A stretch of DNA of 64,000 bases from Planctomycetota bacterium (GTDB taxonomy: Bacteria; Planctomycetota; B15-G4; SIAN01): positions 32,001-96,000 of the forward strand of contig JANNXA010000027.1 of the NCBI GenBank assembly GCA_031409275.1. Direction: 5' to 3'. Below the pieces are notes generated by a model. The model did no database searches. It saw only the letters and a program-made list of their open reading frames with translations, and was not told where the DNA came from. The position numbers were made by a program, and so were the translations under genes. Positions 18,560 through 28,506 of the stretch are shown here, piece after piece; position 1 is the first letter of the stretch; every line of letters begins with the position of its first letter.

Positions 18560-21500
18560 GTGGTGGATCCGGATCGACCTGCGAGCGACAGCGAAGGTGC
18601 GGCCGCGCTGCGCGATCTCGTCGCCGAGTGCGTCAAGCGCTACGAGGCGGAGGGCGATCGGGCGCTCGAACTGCTGTGCGCCGCGCACCCCGCGCACGCC
18701 ACGTCGCTGCGCCGCCGCGTCGACCGGTTGCGACTCCTCGGCCTCCTCGGCCGTGGACCGAAGAAGCCGGAGTTGCCGACGCAGCTCGGGGACTTCCGGC
18801 TGCTCGAGCGGATCGGCGAAGGCGGGATGGGAGTGGTCCACCTCGCCGAGCAGCAATCGTTGCAGCGGCGCGTCGCGCTCAAGCTGATCCGACCCGAGCT
18901 GCTCCATTTCGGTCACACGCGCGAGCGCTTCCGTCGCGAGATCGAGTCGATCGCGCGACTCCACCATCCCGGCATCATCACCATCCATGCGGTCGGCGAG
19001 GATGCCGGCCTGCCGTGGTACGCGATGGAGCATGTCGCCGGCGCCACGCTCTCGGCGGCGCTCCTGGCGCTGCGCGGACGTGATCCGGCAACGCTCGCCG
19101 GCTCCGACCTCGCCGCCGTGGTGGCCCAGCGCGCGCACGCCACGATGCCGGCCGCCGGCCGCGAAGAGACCGACGGTGACGCGAGCTGGCTCTTCGAGGG
19201 CAGCTACGCCGAGTGCTGCCTGCGCATCGCGCGCCAGGTCGCCGATGCGCTCGACCACGCGCATCGGCGCGGCGTGCTGCACCGTGACGTCAAGCCGTCG
19301 AACGTGATGCTGACTCCCACCGGCCGCGTGCTGCTGCTCGATTTCGGGCTCGCCGTCGGCAGCGGCTCGGAACGGCTCACCCGCTCGCAGAGCTGGCTCG
19401 GCTCGCTCTCCTATTCGGCGCCGGAGCAACTGCGCGGTGATGGGGCGGCGATCGACGCCAGGAGCGACGTCTATGCGCTCGGCATCACCCTCTACGAACT
19501 GCTGACGCTGTCGTTGCCGCACGTCGGCAAGAGCGTCGAGGAGCTGGCGCGCGCCATCGAGGCGGGGCGGCCGCCTTCGCCGCGCCAGCGCCATCGCGGG
19601 CTGTCGTGGGAGGCGGAGACGGTCTGTCTCGCCGCGATGGAGCTCGACCCGGCGCGGCGCTACGCCAGCGCCGCCGACTTCGCGCGCGATCTGGGCAACG
19701 TGCTGCAGCACCGACCGATCGAGGCGCGCCGTCCGGGGCTGATGCTGCGCGCCCGGCGCCTCGCGCAACGCCATCCCGCGCGTGCCGCGGCCGCGATCTT
19801 CGGGACGCTGCTGCTCCTGGTGGCGCCGATCACGTGGGCGCTGGCGGAGCAGGAGAAGCGGCGCGAACTGACTGCGGCGTTCGTTCGCGAGTCGGCGGCG
19901 CACAACCAGTCCGATCGCGAACGGCGTCGCGGCGACGGGCTGCGCCTCGCGGCGCTCGCGCAGAGCCTCGCCAGCAGCGATCCGACGTTGGCGCTGCTGC
20001 TGGCCATCGAAGCGGCGCAACGCACTCCCGGCGCGCTCGCCAATGACGCGCTGCTGGCCACGCTGGCGACCTGCCACGAGGAAGCGGCGCTGATCGACCG
20101 CGAGAGCGACTGCCTCGACGTCGCCTTCAGCCCCGACGGCACGCTGCTCGCCACTGCCGGATCGAAGGGGTTGGTGCGCCTCTGGTCGGTCGAGTCACGG
20201 CGCATCGTCTTCACCCTCTCGGGTCACGACGATGCCGTGCGGTCGCTCGCGTTCTCGCCCGACGGCAGTGCCATCGCGACCGCCGGCGATGACCGGGTCG
20301 TGCGCCTGTGGAGCGTGGCCGATGGCGTCCTGCGTGGCCGCGTCGAGGGGTTCGCCGGCGCGGTGCGTGGAGTGGTCTGGCTCGATGCGCAGCGCGTCGT
20401 GGCGTGGGGCGCGGAGCCGCTGCTCTTCGTCGCCAGCGCGGCCGACGGGGCGCTCGAACGCACCATCGACCTGGCCGTCGACGGCGCTCCCGCCCAGCCA
20501 CTGGCGGTGCGCTTCCATCCTCGCCAGCCACTCGCCGCCATCGCCACCGACAGGGGAGCGGCGCTGGTCGTCGACCTCGCGCGCGCGGCCACCGCGGCGC
20601 CGCGACGATTCGGGCGGCATGAGGGTTCGCTCAGTGCGGCGGAGTTCCATCCGTTGCAGCCGCTGCTGCTGACGGCTGGCCGCGACGGTCGCGCGGAACT
20701 GCACGACCTCGAGAGCGCAGCGTTGGTGAGCGAACTGCAGAGCAGCGGCGTCGACCTGCTCGCCGCGCAGTTCGCGCCCGATGGCAGCGGGATCGCGACC
20801 ATGTCCCTCGACCATCGCTTGCGCCTCTACGGCATGGCTCGCGCGGAACCGCGCGTCGAGCTGGTGGCGTCCTGGAAGTCGGCCGCGAAGATGGCGTGGT
20901 CCCCCGACAGCCTTCAACTTGCCGTCGGTGGCACCGACGAGTCGACGCGCCTGGTGCGGGCCGAGGATGGCGCCGTCGTCGCGACCTTGACCGTCCACGA
21001 GCGCGACGTGCAGGCGGTGCGATTCAGCGCCGATGGCCGGCGGCTGGCGACCGCGACGCGCGATGCGCATCTCTGGAGCACGCCCGCTCTGGCGGTGCGC
21101 CCGGAGATCGAGGGGCATCGCGATCACGTGGTCTGGGGCACGCTGATCGCCGACGGGCAGCGCTTCGTCACCGTGTCGACCGACAGCGCCGCGATCGCTT
21201 GGGATGCCGCGACGCGGCGCAGCGTCGCGCGCTTCCATCACGACAAGGGCTACCCCAGTCGCGTCGCCGAGAGCCGCGACGGGACGCTGCTGGCGACCAG
21301 CGGCAAGGATGGCGCGGTGCGGGTCTTCGCCGCGCGCAGCGGCCTCCTGCTGAACCGTTTCGAGCCCGGTGGCAACGTGCGCATCATCGAGTTCGCCCCC
21401 GATGGCGATCACGTCGTCATCGACGATCCGACCCACGTGCCCCGCCTCCTGGAGTGGAAGAGTGGTCGCCTCGCGGCGATGCCGGCGAAGGGAGTGCGAG

Positions 21501-22636
21501 GCCATGACGCGTCGATCATGCAGTTCGTCTTCGATCCGAGCGGGCAGCGGCTGCTGAGCGTGGCGCGCGATCACATGCCGATCGTCTGGAGCGTGCCCGG
21601 CTTCGAGCGGCAGTTCGTCCTTGGCGGTCCCGGCAACGCACCGGACGAAGATCGCGGTCACACCGACCAGGTGCACTGCGGAGCGTGGAGTCACGACGGC
21701 AAGCTCCTCGCGACCGGCAGCTTCGACACCACGGTGCGACTCTGGGACGCCGCCACCGGTGCGGCCCGTGCCGTCATCAACGCGCACGACTTCGCCCTCA
21801 CGTCGCTCGCCTTCTCGCCCGACGACACGCTGCTCGCCTCCACGGGCCAGGACGGCGTGGGGAAGCTCTGGCGTGTCGCCAGCGGCGAGCGGCGGATGAC
21901 CTTCTCGGGGTTCGACGAGCTGGTCTGGTCGACGTGCTTCACCCCCGATGGGGCGACCGTCGTCGTCGCTGCCGCAGACGGCAAGGTGCGCCGCTTCCCG
22001 ATCGATCCGCTCGCGCAGGCGCAGCGCCGCCGACCGCGCGACTTCACCGCCGCGGAGCGGCAGGCGTGGGAGCTCGACGGTGCCGCCGACTGGATCGCCG
22101 CCGCCTCGCTGGTGGAGCGCCTCGCCGCCACCCACGTGCGTGCGCAAGAGGTCGCGGTCGCGCTCGCCGCCGACACCTCGCTCTCCGCGGCTGTTTCCGC
22201 CGCGGCGCTGACGCTCTGCGCGGAGCTCGCCGATTCGCCGCGGGATCTGTCGCGCCGCGCCTGGGCCGTCTTTCGCGCGCCGGGTGCAGCCGCGGATCCG
22301 CTGAACCTGCAGCGGGCGGAACTCGCAGTCGCGCTGGCGCCCGACGCGACCGACCATGTCCGCAGCCTTGCCGTCGCCAGGCTTCGCTGCGGCGATCCCG
22401 CCGGCGCGCAATTGCTGCTCGAGCGCAAGGATGTGCTCGACGCGCGCGGCGACCTGCTCGAGGCGCTGACGAGTCGCGCGTTCCTCGCGCTCGCGTTGTG
22501 GCAACAGGGCGCCCGGCCCGCCGCGCGCGAGCGTCTCGCCGAAGCGCTTGCGCTGCGCGCCCAGATCGCGGCCCAGAGCTCGCTGCGTTGGGCCGACTAC
22601 TTCCTGGAAGAGCCGCTGGCCACGGTCACCGAGTGA
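18560..22636 (+). CDS. Serine/threonine protein kinase with transmembrane segment and WD40 repeats
   Basis: GEGGMGVVH, VALK, HRDVKPSN, LDFGLA, YSAPEQ, DVYALG, then many GH..V..AFSPDG..LAT...D..VRLW repeats. Confidence 0.93.
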   Translation: MVDPDRPASDSEGAAALRDLVAECVKRYEAEGDRALELLCAAHPAHATSLRRRVDRLRLLGLLGRGPKKPELPTQLGDFRLLERIGEGGMGVVHLAEQQSLQRRVALKLIRPELLHFGHTRERFRREIESIARLHHPGIITIHAVGEDAGLPWYAMEHVAGATLSAALLALRGRDPATLAGSDLAAVVAQRAHATMPAAGREETDGDASWLFEGSYAECCLRIARQVADALDHAHRRGVLHRDVKPSNVMLTPTGRVLLLDFGLAVGSGSERLTRSQSWLGSLSYSAPEQLRGDGAAIDARSDVYALGITLYELLTLSLPHVGKSVEELARAIEAGRPPSPRQRHRGLSWEAETVCLAAMELDPARRYASAADFARDLGNVLQHRPIEARRPGLMLRARRLAQRHPARAAAAIFGTLLLLVAPITWALAEQEKRRELTAAFVRESAAHNQSDRERRRGDGLRLAALAQSLASSDPTLALLLAIEAAQRTPGALANDALLATLATCHEEAALIDRESDCLDVAFSPDGTLLATAGSKGLVRLWSVESRRIVFTLSGHDDAVRSLAFSPDGSAIATAGDDRVVRLWSVADGVLRGRVEGFAGAVRGVVWLDAQRVVAWGAEPLLFVASAADGALERTIDLAVDGAPAQPLAVRFHPRQPLAAIATDRGAALVVDLARAATAAPRRFGRHEGSLSAAEFHPLQPLLLTAGRDGRAELHDLESAALVSELQSSGVDLLAAQFAPDGSGIATMSLDHRLRLYGMARAEPRVELVASWKSAAKMAWSPDSLQLAVGGTDESTRLVRAEDGAVVATLTVHERDVQAVRFSADGRRLATATRDAHLWSTPALAVRPEIEGHRDHVVWGTLIADGQRFVTVSTDSAAIAWDAATRRSVARFHHDKGYPSRVAESRDGTLLATSGKDGAVRVFAARSGLLLNRFEPGGNVRIIEFAPDGDHVVIDDPTHVPRLLEWKSGRLAAMPAKGVRGHDASIMQFVFDPSGQRLLSVARDHMPIVWSVPGFERQFVLGGPGNAPDEDRGHTDQVHCGAWSHDGKLLATGSFDTTVRLWDAATGAARAVINAHDFALTSLAFSPDDTLLASTGQDGVGKLWRVASGERRMTFSGFDELVWSTCFTPDGATVVVAAADGKVRRFPIDPLAQAQRRRPRDFTAAERQAWELDGAADWIAAASLVERLAATHVRAQEVAVALAADTSLSAAVSAAALTLCAELADSPRDLSRRAWAVFRAPGAAADPLNLQRAELAVALAPDATDHVRSLAVARLRCGDPAGAQLLLERKDVLDARGDLLEALTSRAFLALALWQQGARPAARERLAEALALRAQIAAQSSLRWADYFLEEPLATVTE

Positions 22637-24440
22637 GGCCGCTGCCCTTCGGCGCGTCGATCGGCAATTCGAGACTCAGGTAGCCCACGAGCATCTCGTC
22701 GAACGTCTGCTCGCCGAAGCGCACCCTCGCGCTGGGGTCGGGGTTGCTCGGGTTGGCGGCCGAGTTGTCGAACACCGCCGTCACGCGCACCGTGTCCCCG
22801 GCGTCGAGTTCGATGGGGTGCTCGAACTGGTAGGTGTGCTGCCACTCGAAGTCGTAGCGCGGCACGTCGAGCAGGATGCGCGCGACGCCGGCGCGTTCGA
22901 GCTCGACACGGAACGACTTGCCGCGCACATGCAGATGCGGCATCAACGACAGGAGGCGTGTCGGCGCGCGGAACGTCGAGCTGGCGGAGAACTCGGCCGC
23001 CTCCGCATGCGGCGGAATGACGAAGCTCATGTTCATCACGGCGCGCGCCGCGACTTCGTGAGTCGGCGTCTGGCGCGCGAAACGGAGCGCCATGCGCGTG
23101 CGATCGCGAGTCGCCTTGCCGTTGGGCGTGTAGTGGAGCTGGAACAGGAAGCGAGCGCCAGCCGGGACTCGCTTGGCGCGACCGTCGGTGAGTTCGATGG
23201 CGCGACCGCCCGGCACGAGCTGCGCGAAGTGGTTCGTGCCCGACTGCGCTTCAGGGCCCGCCAGCGCCTGCTGGGCGGTCTGGCCCGGGCCGATCAGGAA
23301 GACCATCACGTGGTGGGTCACCGCCGGCGCGGTCGGTTGGATCTCGACGCCATCGACCCAATGCTCCTGCGTGAAGCCCGGATCGACGACCACGTAGCGA
23401 TAGGGGAGGACGCCGGTCGCGGCGATCTCCTGCGGCTCGGGAAGCTCGACCACCGCGTCGGGCGCGCCGATCGCCCAGGTCGCATCGGCGAAGGTCGGCT
23501 CCCGCGGCGCGTCGGCCCGATCGCCGAGTTTCGCGCCGCTCGCCGCCCACAGCTCGAGCGTGCGAATCTCGGTCTCGGTGAGGCGTCGTTCGTTGCGGAA
23601 GTGGCCGAAGCGCGGGTTCGCGTGCCATGGCGGCATGCGGCCCTCGCCGGTCACCTCGGCGATCATCGGCGCGAAGCCCGCTGCCGTCTCGGCATCGAGC
23701 AGGCTCATCGGGCCCGCCTGGCCGGGGCGGTGGCATTCGCCGCAGTTCGTCCAGAGGATCGGCGCCACGTCGCGGAAGAAGGTGACGTCGGCCTGCTCCG
23801 GTTTGCGGTTCACCCGGCCGACGAGGCAGCCTGGCGCCTCGGTGCGGACCGGATCGATCGTCTCGCCCGCCAGCGCCGCTTCGAGCGCGTCGATCAGGAA
23901 GTCGTTCAGCGGTTGCGGGCGCGACGCGCCGACGGAGTACTGGTCGTCGACGGCGCCGCGGTAGAGCAGGCGGAACTCCGCGTCGAGTACGAAGACTTCG
24001 GTGGTGCGCTCGACGCCGAGGCGATCGGTCACCACCTGCTGCGGATCGAGCAGGATCGGGAAGTCGATCTGCGCGTCGCGCGCGAACTGCGTGACCTCGT
24101 CGGCGTCATCCTGCAGGTTCGGGTCGATGCCGAGGAAGCGCACGCCGCGGTCGCGGTAGTCGCGCTCGAGGCGGCCGAGTCGCGGCGCGAGCTTGCGCGT
24201 GATCGGGCACTCGACGCCGGTGAACGCGAGCACGGTGAGCGTGCGCCCCTCCTGCTCGACGACCAGCGAGCGGCGGGAACCATCCGCGGCGTCGAGGAGG
24301 AAGTCGTCGAGCGGGATGGGAGAGGCCATGACCTCGAGATCTTCGGGAAGCGCCTCCATTCGGCACGGGCGGTCACCGAGGGGCGCCACCTCCTGAACCG
24401 GCGGCAGCGCCAGCAGCAGCGCGAGCGCGGCGGCGGTCAT
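22626..24440 (-). CDS. Secreted redoxin + c-type heme + copper type II (PHM/DBH-like) monooxygenase protein, copy 3
   Basis: Redoxin (ECPI, YRGAVDDQY, PGCLV); CGECH; MPPW; THHV, QLHY, PHLHVRG, YDFEWQ, EQTFDEM. Confidence 0.8.
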   Translation of the reverse strand: MTAAALALLLALPPVQEVAPLGDRPCRMEALPEDLEVMASPIPLDDFLLDAADGSRRSLVVEQEGRTLTVLAFTGVECPITRKLAPRLGRLERDYRDRGVRFLGIDPNLQDDADEVTQFARDAQIDFPILLDPQQVVTDRLGVERTTEVFVLDAEFRLLYRGAVDDQYSVGASRPQPLNDFLIDALEAALAGETIDPVRTEAPGCLVGRVNRKPEQADVTFFRDVAPILWTNCGECHRPGQAGPMSLLDAETAAGFAPMIAEVTGEGRMPPWHANPRFGHFRNERRLTETEIRTLELWAASGAKLGDRADAPREPTFADATWAIGAPDAVVELPEPQEIAATGVLPYRYVVVDPGFTQEHWVDGVEIQPTAPAVTHHVMVFLIGPGQTAQQALAGPEAQSGTNHFAQLVPGGRAIELTDGRAKRVPAGARFLFQLHYTPNGKATRDRTRMALRFARQTPTHEVAARAVMNMSFVIPPHAEAAEFSASSTFRAPTRLLSLMPHLHVRGKSFRVELERAGVARILLDVPRYDFEWQHTYQFEHPIELDAGDTVRVTAVFDNSAANPSNPDPSARVRFGEQTFDEMLVGYLSLELPIDAPKGSGLTR

Positions 24441-24444
24441 TGGC

Positions 24445-26187
24445 TCACTCCTGCGCGCCCGCCGGCGGCGGCGCGGTCGGGTCGTACCAGTCGAAGTAGC
24501 CGATCATCATCTCTTCGAACGACTGGTCGCCCCAGGTGACCGTCTTGCTCGGATCGGGGTTGTGGGGGTTCTCCTTCGAATTGTCGTAGATCGCGGTCAG
24601 GTGGATCTTGTCGCCACGCTTGAGTTTGATCGGGACGAGCGGCTCGTAGGAGATCTGCCAGTTGAAGTCGTAGCGCGGCACGTCGAGCAGGATGCGCCGC
24701 TCGCCGTCGCGCTCGAGTTCGTAGCGCATCGACTTGCCGCGCACGTGCATGTGGGGCGTCATCTCGAGCAGCAGCCCGTCCTGCTCAACCTTGCGGATCG
24801 CGGTGAAGGTCGCCTCCCCGTCATGCGGCTTGATCCGGAAGTCGAACTTCATGACGGCGTCGTTCTTCAACTCGGTCGTCACCGGCACGCGCGTGCGCCG
24901 GAACGCGACGCGAGTGCGATCGGTGGCGGCGGTGCCGTTGGGGTTGTAGTGCAGCTCGAAGAGGAGCGTCGACCCCTTGGCGATGCGGATCGCCTGGCCG
25001 TCGGGGAGGTTGAGCGGGTCGGTGCCGGGCGCCCAGCCGGCCAGCGCGCCGAGCGAGAGGACGCCGATCGGGTTGCTCAGCACCTCGCTCGCCTTCTTGC
25101 CGGGCGGCAGCACGTAGGCGATCACGTGGTGAGTCTGCTTGCGGGCGGTCGGGGCGCAGTCGGAAGCCTGGATCCACTGATCTTCGGTGAAGCCCGGGTC
25201 GACCTCGGCGTAGCGGTACTGCACCACGCCCTCGGCCGGGATCGGCTGCGGCTCGGGCAGCTCGACGACGACGTCGGGCGACTCGATGCGCCACTCCGGA
25301 TCGGCGAAGGTCGGTGGTGCGGGCGCCTTGGCGAGGTCGCCCTTGGGCGCACCCTGCGCCGCGAAAAGTTCGAGCGTCTTCTTCTCCGTTTCGGTCAGGC
25401 GGCGCTCGTTCTTCCAGTGGCCGTGGCGCGGGTCGGCGAACCACGGCGGCATCCGGGTCGACGCCGTCACCTCGGCGATCATGGGCGCCCAGCTGGCCGC
25501 GTCGTCGTAGTCGAGCAGTTCCATCGGCGCCGGCTGCCCCGGCCGATGGCACTCGGCGCAATGGCGGTGGAGCAGCGGCGCGACGTGCTCGGCGAAGTTG
25601 ACCGCGCGCGGCTTGGCGCTGGCCCAGAGGTCGGCGCCGTTCTCCGCCACTCCGGCGGGATCGATCTCCTCGCCGGCGAGGAAGGCGTCCAGCGCGTTGC
25701 CGAGGTAGTCGTTGTTCGCCGTCGCGGCGAGGCGCTTGCCATCGAAGCGGTCGTTCGCCGGGCCGCGGTAGACGACCGTGAAGTCACTGTCGAGCAGCAG
25801 GAGCGTGCCCGCCTGCTTCACGCCCGCATCCATGGCGACCACGAGATCGGGATCGAGCAACACCGGCACCTGCGCTTTGGCGAGTTCGGCGAAGAGCGGC
25901 TCGCTGCCGCCCCGCGCGCTGAGCGCGAGCCAGGTGATCTCGCCGCTGCCCCGTTCGACGGCGGCGGCCGCCAGTGCTTCGATCGCGGCGCGCGACGCGG
26001 GATCGTCCGGCTCGATGAAGGCGAGCACCGTCGCAAGGCGCCCAGCGCGTTCGGAGTAGAGGCTGTGGCGCGCGCCGTTGCCGTCGGCGAGCAGGAACTC
26101 GGCGAGCGTGCGGCCTGCCGGCGCGGCGTCATCGCCGGCAGAGGAGGAGAGCGTCGCGAGCGTGAACGCGTGGAACAGGAAACTCAT
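24445..26187 (-). CDS. Secreted redoxin-like + c-type heme + copper type II monooxygenase protein, copy 2
   Basis: Cys-less redoxin fold (EPDDPAS, YRGPAND); CAECH; MPPW; THHV, ELHY, PHMHVRG, YDFNWQ, DQSFEEMM. Confidence 0.8.
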   Translation of the reverse strand: MSFLFHAFTLATLSSSAGDDAAPAGRTLAEFLLADGNGARHSLYSERAGRLATVLAFIEPDDPASRAAIEALAAAAVERGSGEITWLALSARGGSEPLFAELAKAQVPVLLDPDLVVAMDAGVKQAGTLLLLDSDFTVVYRGPANDRFDGKRLAATANNDYLGNALDAFLAGEEIDPAGVAENGADLWASAKPRAVNFAEHVAPLLHRHCAECHRPGQPAPMELLDYDDAASWAPMIAEVTASTRMPPWFADPRHGHWKNERRLTETEKKTLELFAAQGAPKGDLAKAPAPPTFADPEWRIESPDVVVELPEPQPIPAEGVVQYRYAEVDPGFTEDQWIQASDCAPTARKQTHHVIAYVLPPGKKASEVLSNPIGVLSLGALAGWAPGTDPLNLPDGQAIRIAKGSTLLFELHYNPNGTAATDRTRVAFRRTRVPVTTELKNDAVMKFDFRIKPHDGEATFTAIRKVEQDGLLLEMTPHMHVRGKSMRYELERDGERRILLDVPRYDFNWQISYEPLVPIKLKRGDKIHLTAIYDNSKENPHNPDPSKTVTWGDQSFEEMMIGYFDWYDPTAPPPAGAQE

Positions 26188-26188
26188 C

Positions 26189-27964
26189 TCAGCGCTCCTC
26201 GATGTAGTCGATGTAGCCGATCATCATTTCCTCGTACGTCTGGTCGCCCCAGCTCACCGCGGTGTCGGGATTGGGATTGAAGGGGTTGCTCTTCGAGTTG
26301 TTGTAGGCGGCGGTGCAGAAGATCGTCTCGCCAGCGGCGAAGCGGACCGTCTCCTTCGGCAGATAGAAGTTCTGCCAGTTGAAGTCGTAGACGGGGACAT
26401 CGCACAGGACGGTGCGAACTTCGTCCTCGCCCTTGGCCGAGAGGCGTTCGAACTTGAAGGCGGTCCCGCGCGTGTGCATGTGCGGGAACATCGAGATCAG
26501 ACGCGTCGCCTTCGGGAAGGTGAACTGCGCGGTCGTCTCGTAGCGCGGGGTATTCGCCGGGATGCGCAGCTTGTAGGAGAAGACGCCGCGCGTCTTCACC
26601 TCGTCCTTCGGGGGGCTCTTGCAGAACTTGAGCCCGAGCATGGTCTGGTCGCTGGTCGCCTTGCCGTTGGGCGTGTAGTGCAGCTGGAAGAGGAACTTCG
26701 CCCCCTTCTCGATCTTCTTGCCGGCCCCCTCGGGATAGAGGTTGGGTCGGCAGCCTGGCACCTGCACCGCGAAGTAGCCGGCGCCAATGATCGAGCCATC
26801 CTGCAATCCGGTCAGCGCCGACATCGGCGTCTTGCCGGGCGGGATGTAGAGCGCGAGCACGTGGTGGGTGGCGTCGCGCGCGGTCGGACGGATCTCGCAG
26901 GCCTGGACCCAGCGATCTTCGGTGAAGTGCGGATCGACGAGTTCGTAGCGATAGTCGAGGTAGCCGTCTGCCGGGATCGACTGCGGCTTGTCGAGCTGCA
27001 CGATCAGGTCGGGCGTGCCCATCGCCCAGCCGTCGTCGGCGAAGGTCGGAGGCGCCGCCTTCCTGGTGGCGTCGCCCGCGGGCGCCCCTTCCGCCGCCCA
27101 TCGGGTGAGCAGCGCCTTCTCGGTGTCGGTCAGGCGCCGCTCGTTCTCGAAGTGGCCGTAGCGGGGATCGGCGTGCCAAGGCGGCATGCGGCCGCTTCCG
27201 ACCACCTCGGAGATCTGCGGTGCCCATCCCTGCGCGTCGTCGAAGTCGAGCAGCGCCATCGGTCCGACCTGGCCGGGCCGGTGGCACTCTGCGCATTGCG
27301 TGTGCAGGATCGGCGCGACTTCGCCGTGGAAGGTCACCTTGCGCTTGCTGCCGGCGAGCGGCTGGCCGGGCGCCGGCGTCGTCGCCGTGGCAGGCGCCTC
27401 TTCGATCAGCAGCGCTTCGAGCGCATCGGCCACCCATTCGTGGCTGGCGTGCGCCGCGCTGCCGCTCGCCGTGTGGCGATCGTCGATTGCTCCGCGATAG
27501 ACCGGCACGAGGTGGCGATCGATCACGACGGCGGCCGCTCCGCGGTCGAGCTCGAAGCGCGGGGCGACCACGTTCTGCGGATCGAGCAGCAGTGGCTGCG
27601 GCAGCCCGAGGCGCTTGCCGAAGGTAGTAGCGGACGCTCGGTCGCAATCGGCGGTCGCGTCGATGAAGAGGAAGGTGAAGCCCTGGTCGACGTAGTCGGC
27701 GGCGAGCTTCGCGAGGGTGGGACCGTACTTCGCGCTCACCGCGCAGCGCTCATCGAGGAACGCGACGACGGTGCCGACGCGACCCGGGCGCTCGGCCCAG
27801 AGCGAGACGTGCTCGCCGGCCGACGACTCGAGCACGAATTCGGGCGCGATGGCGGGCGGCTCCGCTTCGTTGGCCACCTCTCCGACGCTGGCGACGCGCG
27901 CGAAGGCGGTTGCTGCAAAGCCGCAGAGCGCGAATGGGGCGACGAGGCGGGTGCGAAGGGCCAT
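26189..27964 (-). CDS. Secreted redoxin + c-type heme + copper type II monooxygenase protein, copy 1
   Basis: ATG 27964 (MALRTRLV). RCAVS, YRGAIDD; CAECH; MPPW; THHV, QLHY, PHMHTRG, YDFNWQ, DQTYEEMM. Confidence 0.8.
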   Translation of the reverse strand: MALRTRLVAPFALCGFAATAFARVASVGEVANEAEPPAIAPEFVLESSAGEHVSLWAERPGRVGTVVAFLDERCAVSAKYGPTLAKLAADYVDQGFTFLFIDATADCDRASATTFGKRLGLPQPLLLDPQNVVAPRFELDRGAAAVVIDRHLVPVYRGAIDDRHTASGSAAHASHEWVADALEALLIEEAPATATTPAPGQPLAGSKRKVTFHGEVAPILHTQCAECHRPGQVGPMALLDFDDAQGWAPQISEVVGSGRMPPWHADPRYGHFENERRLTDTEKALLTRWAAEGAPAGDATRKAAPPTFADDGWAMGTPDLIVQLDKPQSIPADGYLDYRYELVDPHFTEDRWVQACEIRPTARDATHHVLALYIPPGKTPMSALTGLQDGSIIGAGYFAVQVPGCRPNLYPEGAGKKIEKGAKFLFQLHYTPNGKATSDQTMLGLKFCKSPPKDEVKTRGVFSYKLRIPANTPRYETTAQFTFPKATRLISMFPHMHTRGTAFKFERLSAKGEDEVRTVLCDVPVYDFNWQNFYLPKETVRFAAGETIFCTAAYNNSKSNPFNPNPDTAVSWGDQTYEEMMIGYIDYIEER

Positions 27965-28035
27965 CGAGCGATCCTCAGAAGTCGGCGGCGAACCGGGATC
28001 GCGGCGTTCTAGCACACCGCGAACCGCAGTCGGAG

Positions 28036-28506
28036 TCAGCTCGACGCGTCTGCGCTGGCGGAGTCGTCCGACGCGGAGAGGGTTGGAATCGGCTCTTTCG
28101 GTGCGGGTCGCTGCCAGCGGCCGAGCCGCCGGTCGCGCATCGCCTTGGCGAAGCGCTGCTCGGCGTGGCAGGCGACTGTCGCAACGCGCCCGCACCAGCC
28201 CGGCCAACGGGAACTCGCCCGAAGCAACAGCTTGCCGCGCGTGCGAAACCAGCGGATCACTGGATGGTGGCGCCCGATCAATGCGACGCCGCATGGGATC
28301 ACGATCACCGCCGGATTGAGCGGCATCACGATGCCGAGCAGGCCGACCCCCAGCACGATCCAGCCGGCGATTGCGCGCAGTTGCGCCAACACGGTGCGCC
28401 GCGCGTTCGCATGGACGCGCAGCCGAGGCGGCAGCGAGCGCGGGTGGCCGCCGGTCAGAAGACGCGGCAGCGAGGCGCGCCGATGGCAACGCGGCGCGGC
28501 CCTCAT
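28036..28506 (-). CDS. Hypothetical small membrane protein (PGPGW-like hairpin)
   Basis: IAGWIVLGVGLLGIVMPLNPAVIVIPCGVALIG. ATG overlaps the mqnD stop. Confidence 0.55.
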   Translation of the reverse strand: MRAAPRCHRRASLPRLLTGGHPRSLPPRLRVHANARRTVLAQLRAIAGWIVLGVGLLGIVMPLNPAVIVIPCGVALIGRHHPVIRWFRTRGKLLLRASSRWPGWCGRVATVACHAEQRFAKAMRDRRLGRWQRPAPKEPIPTLSASDDSASADASS

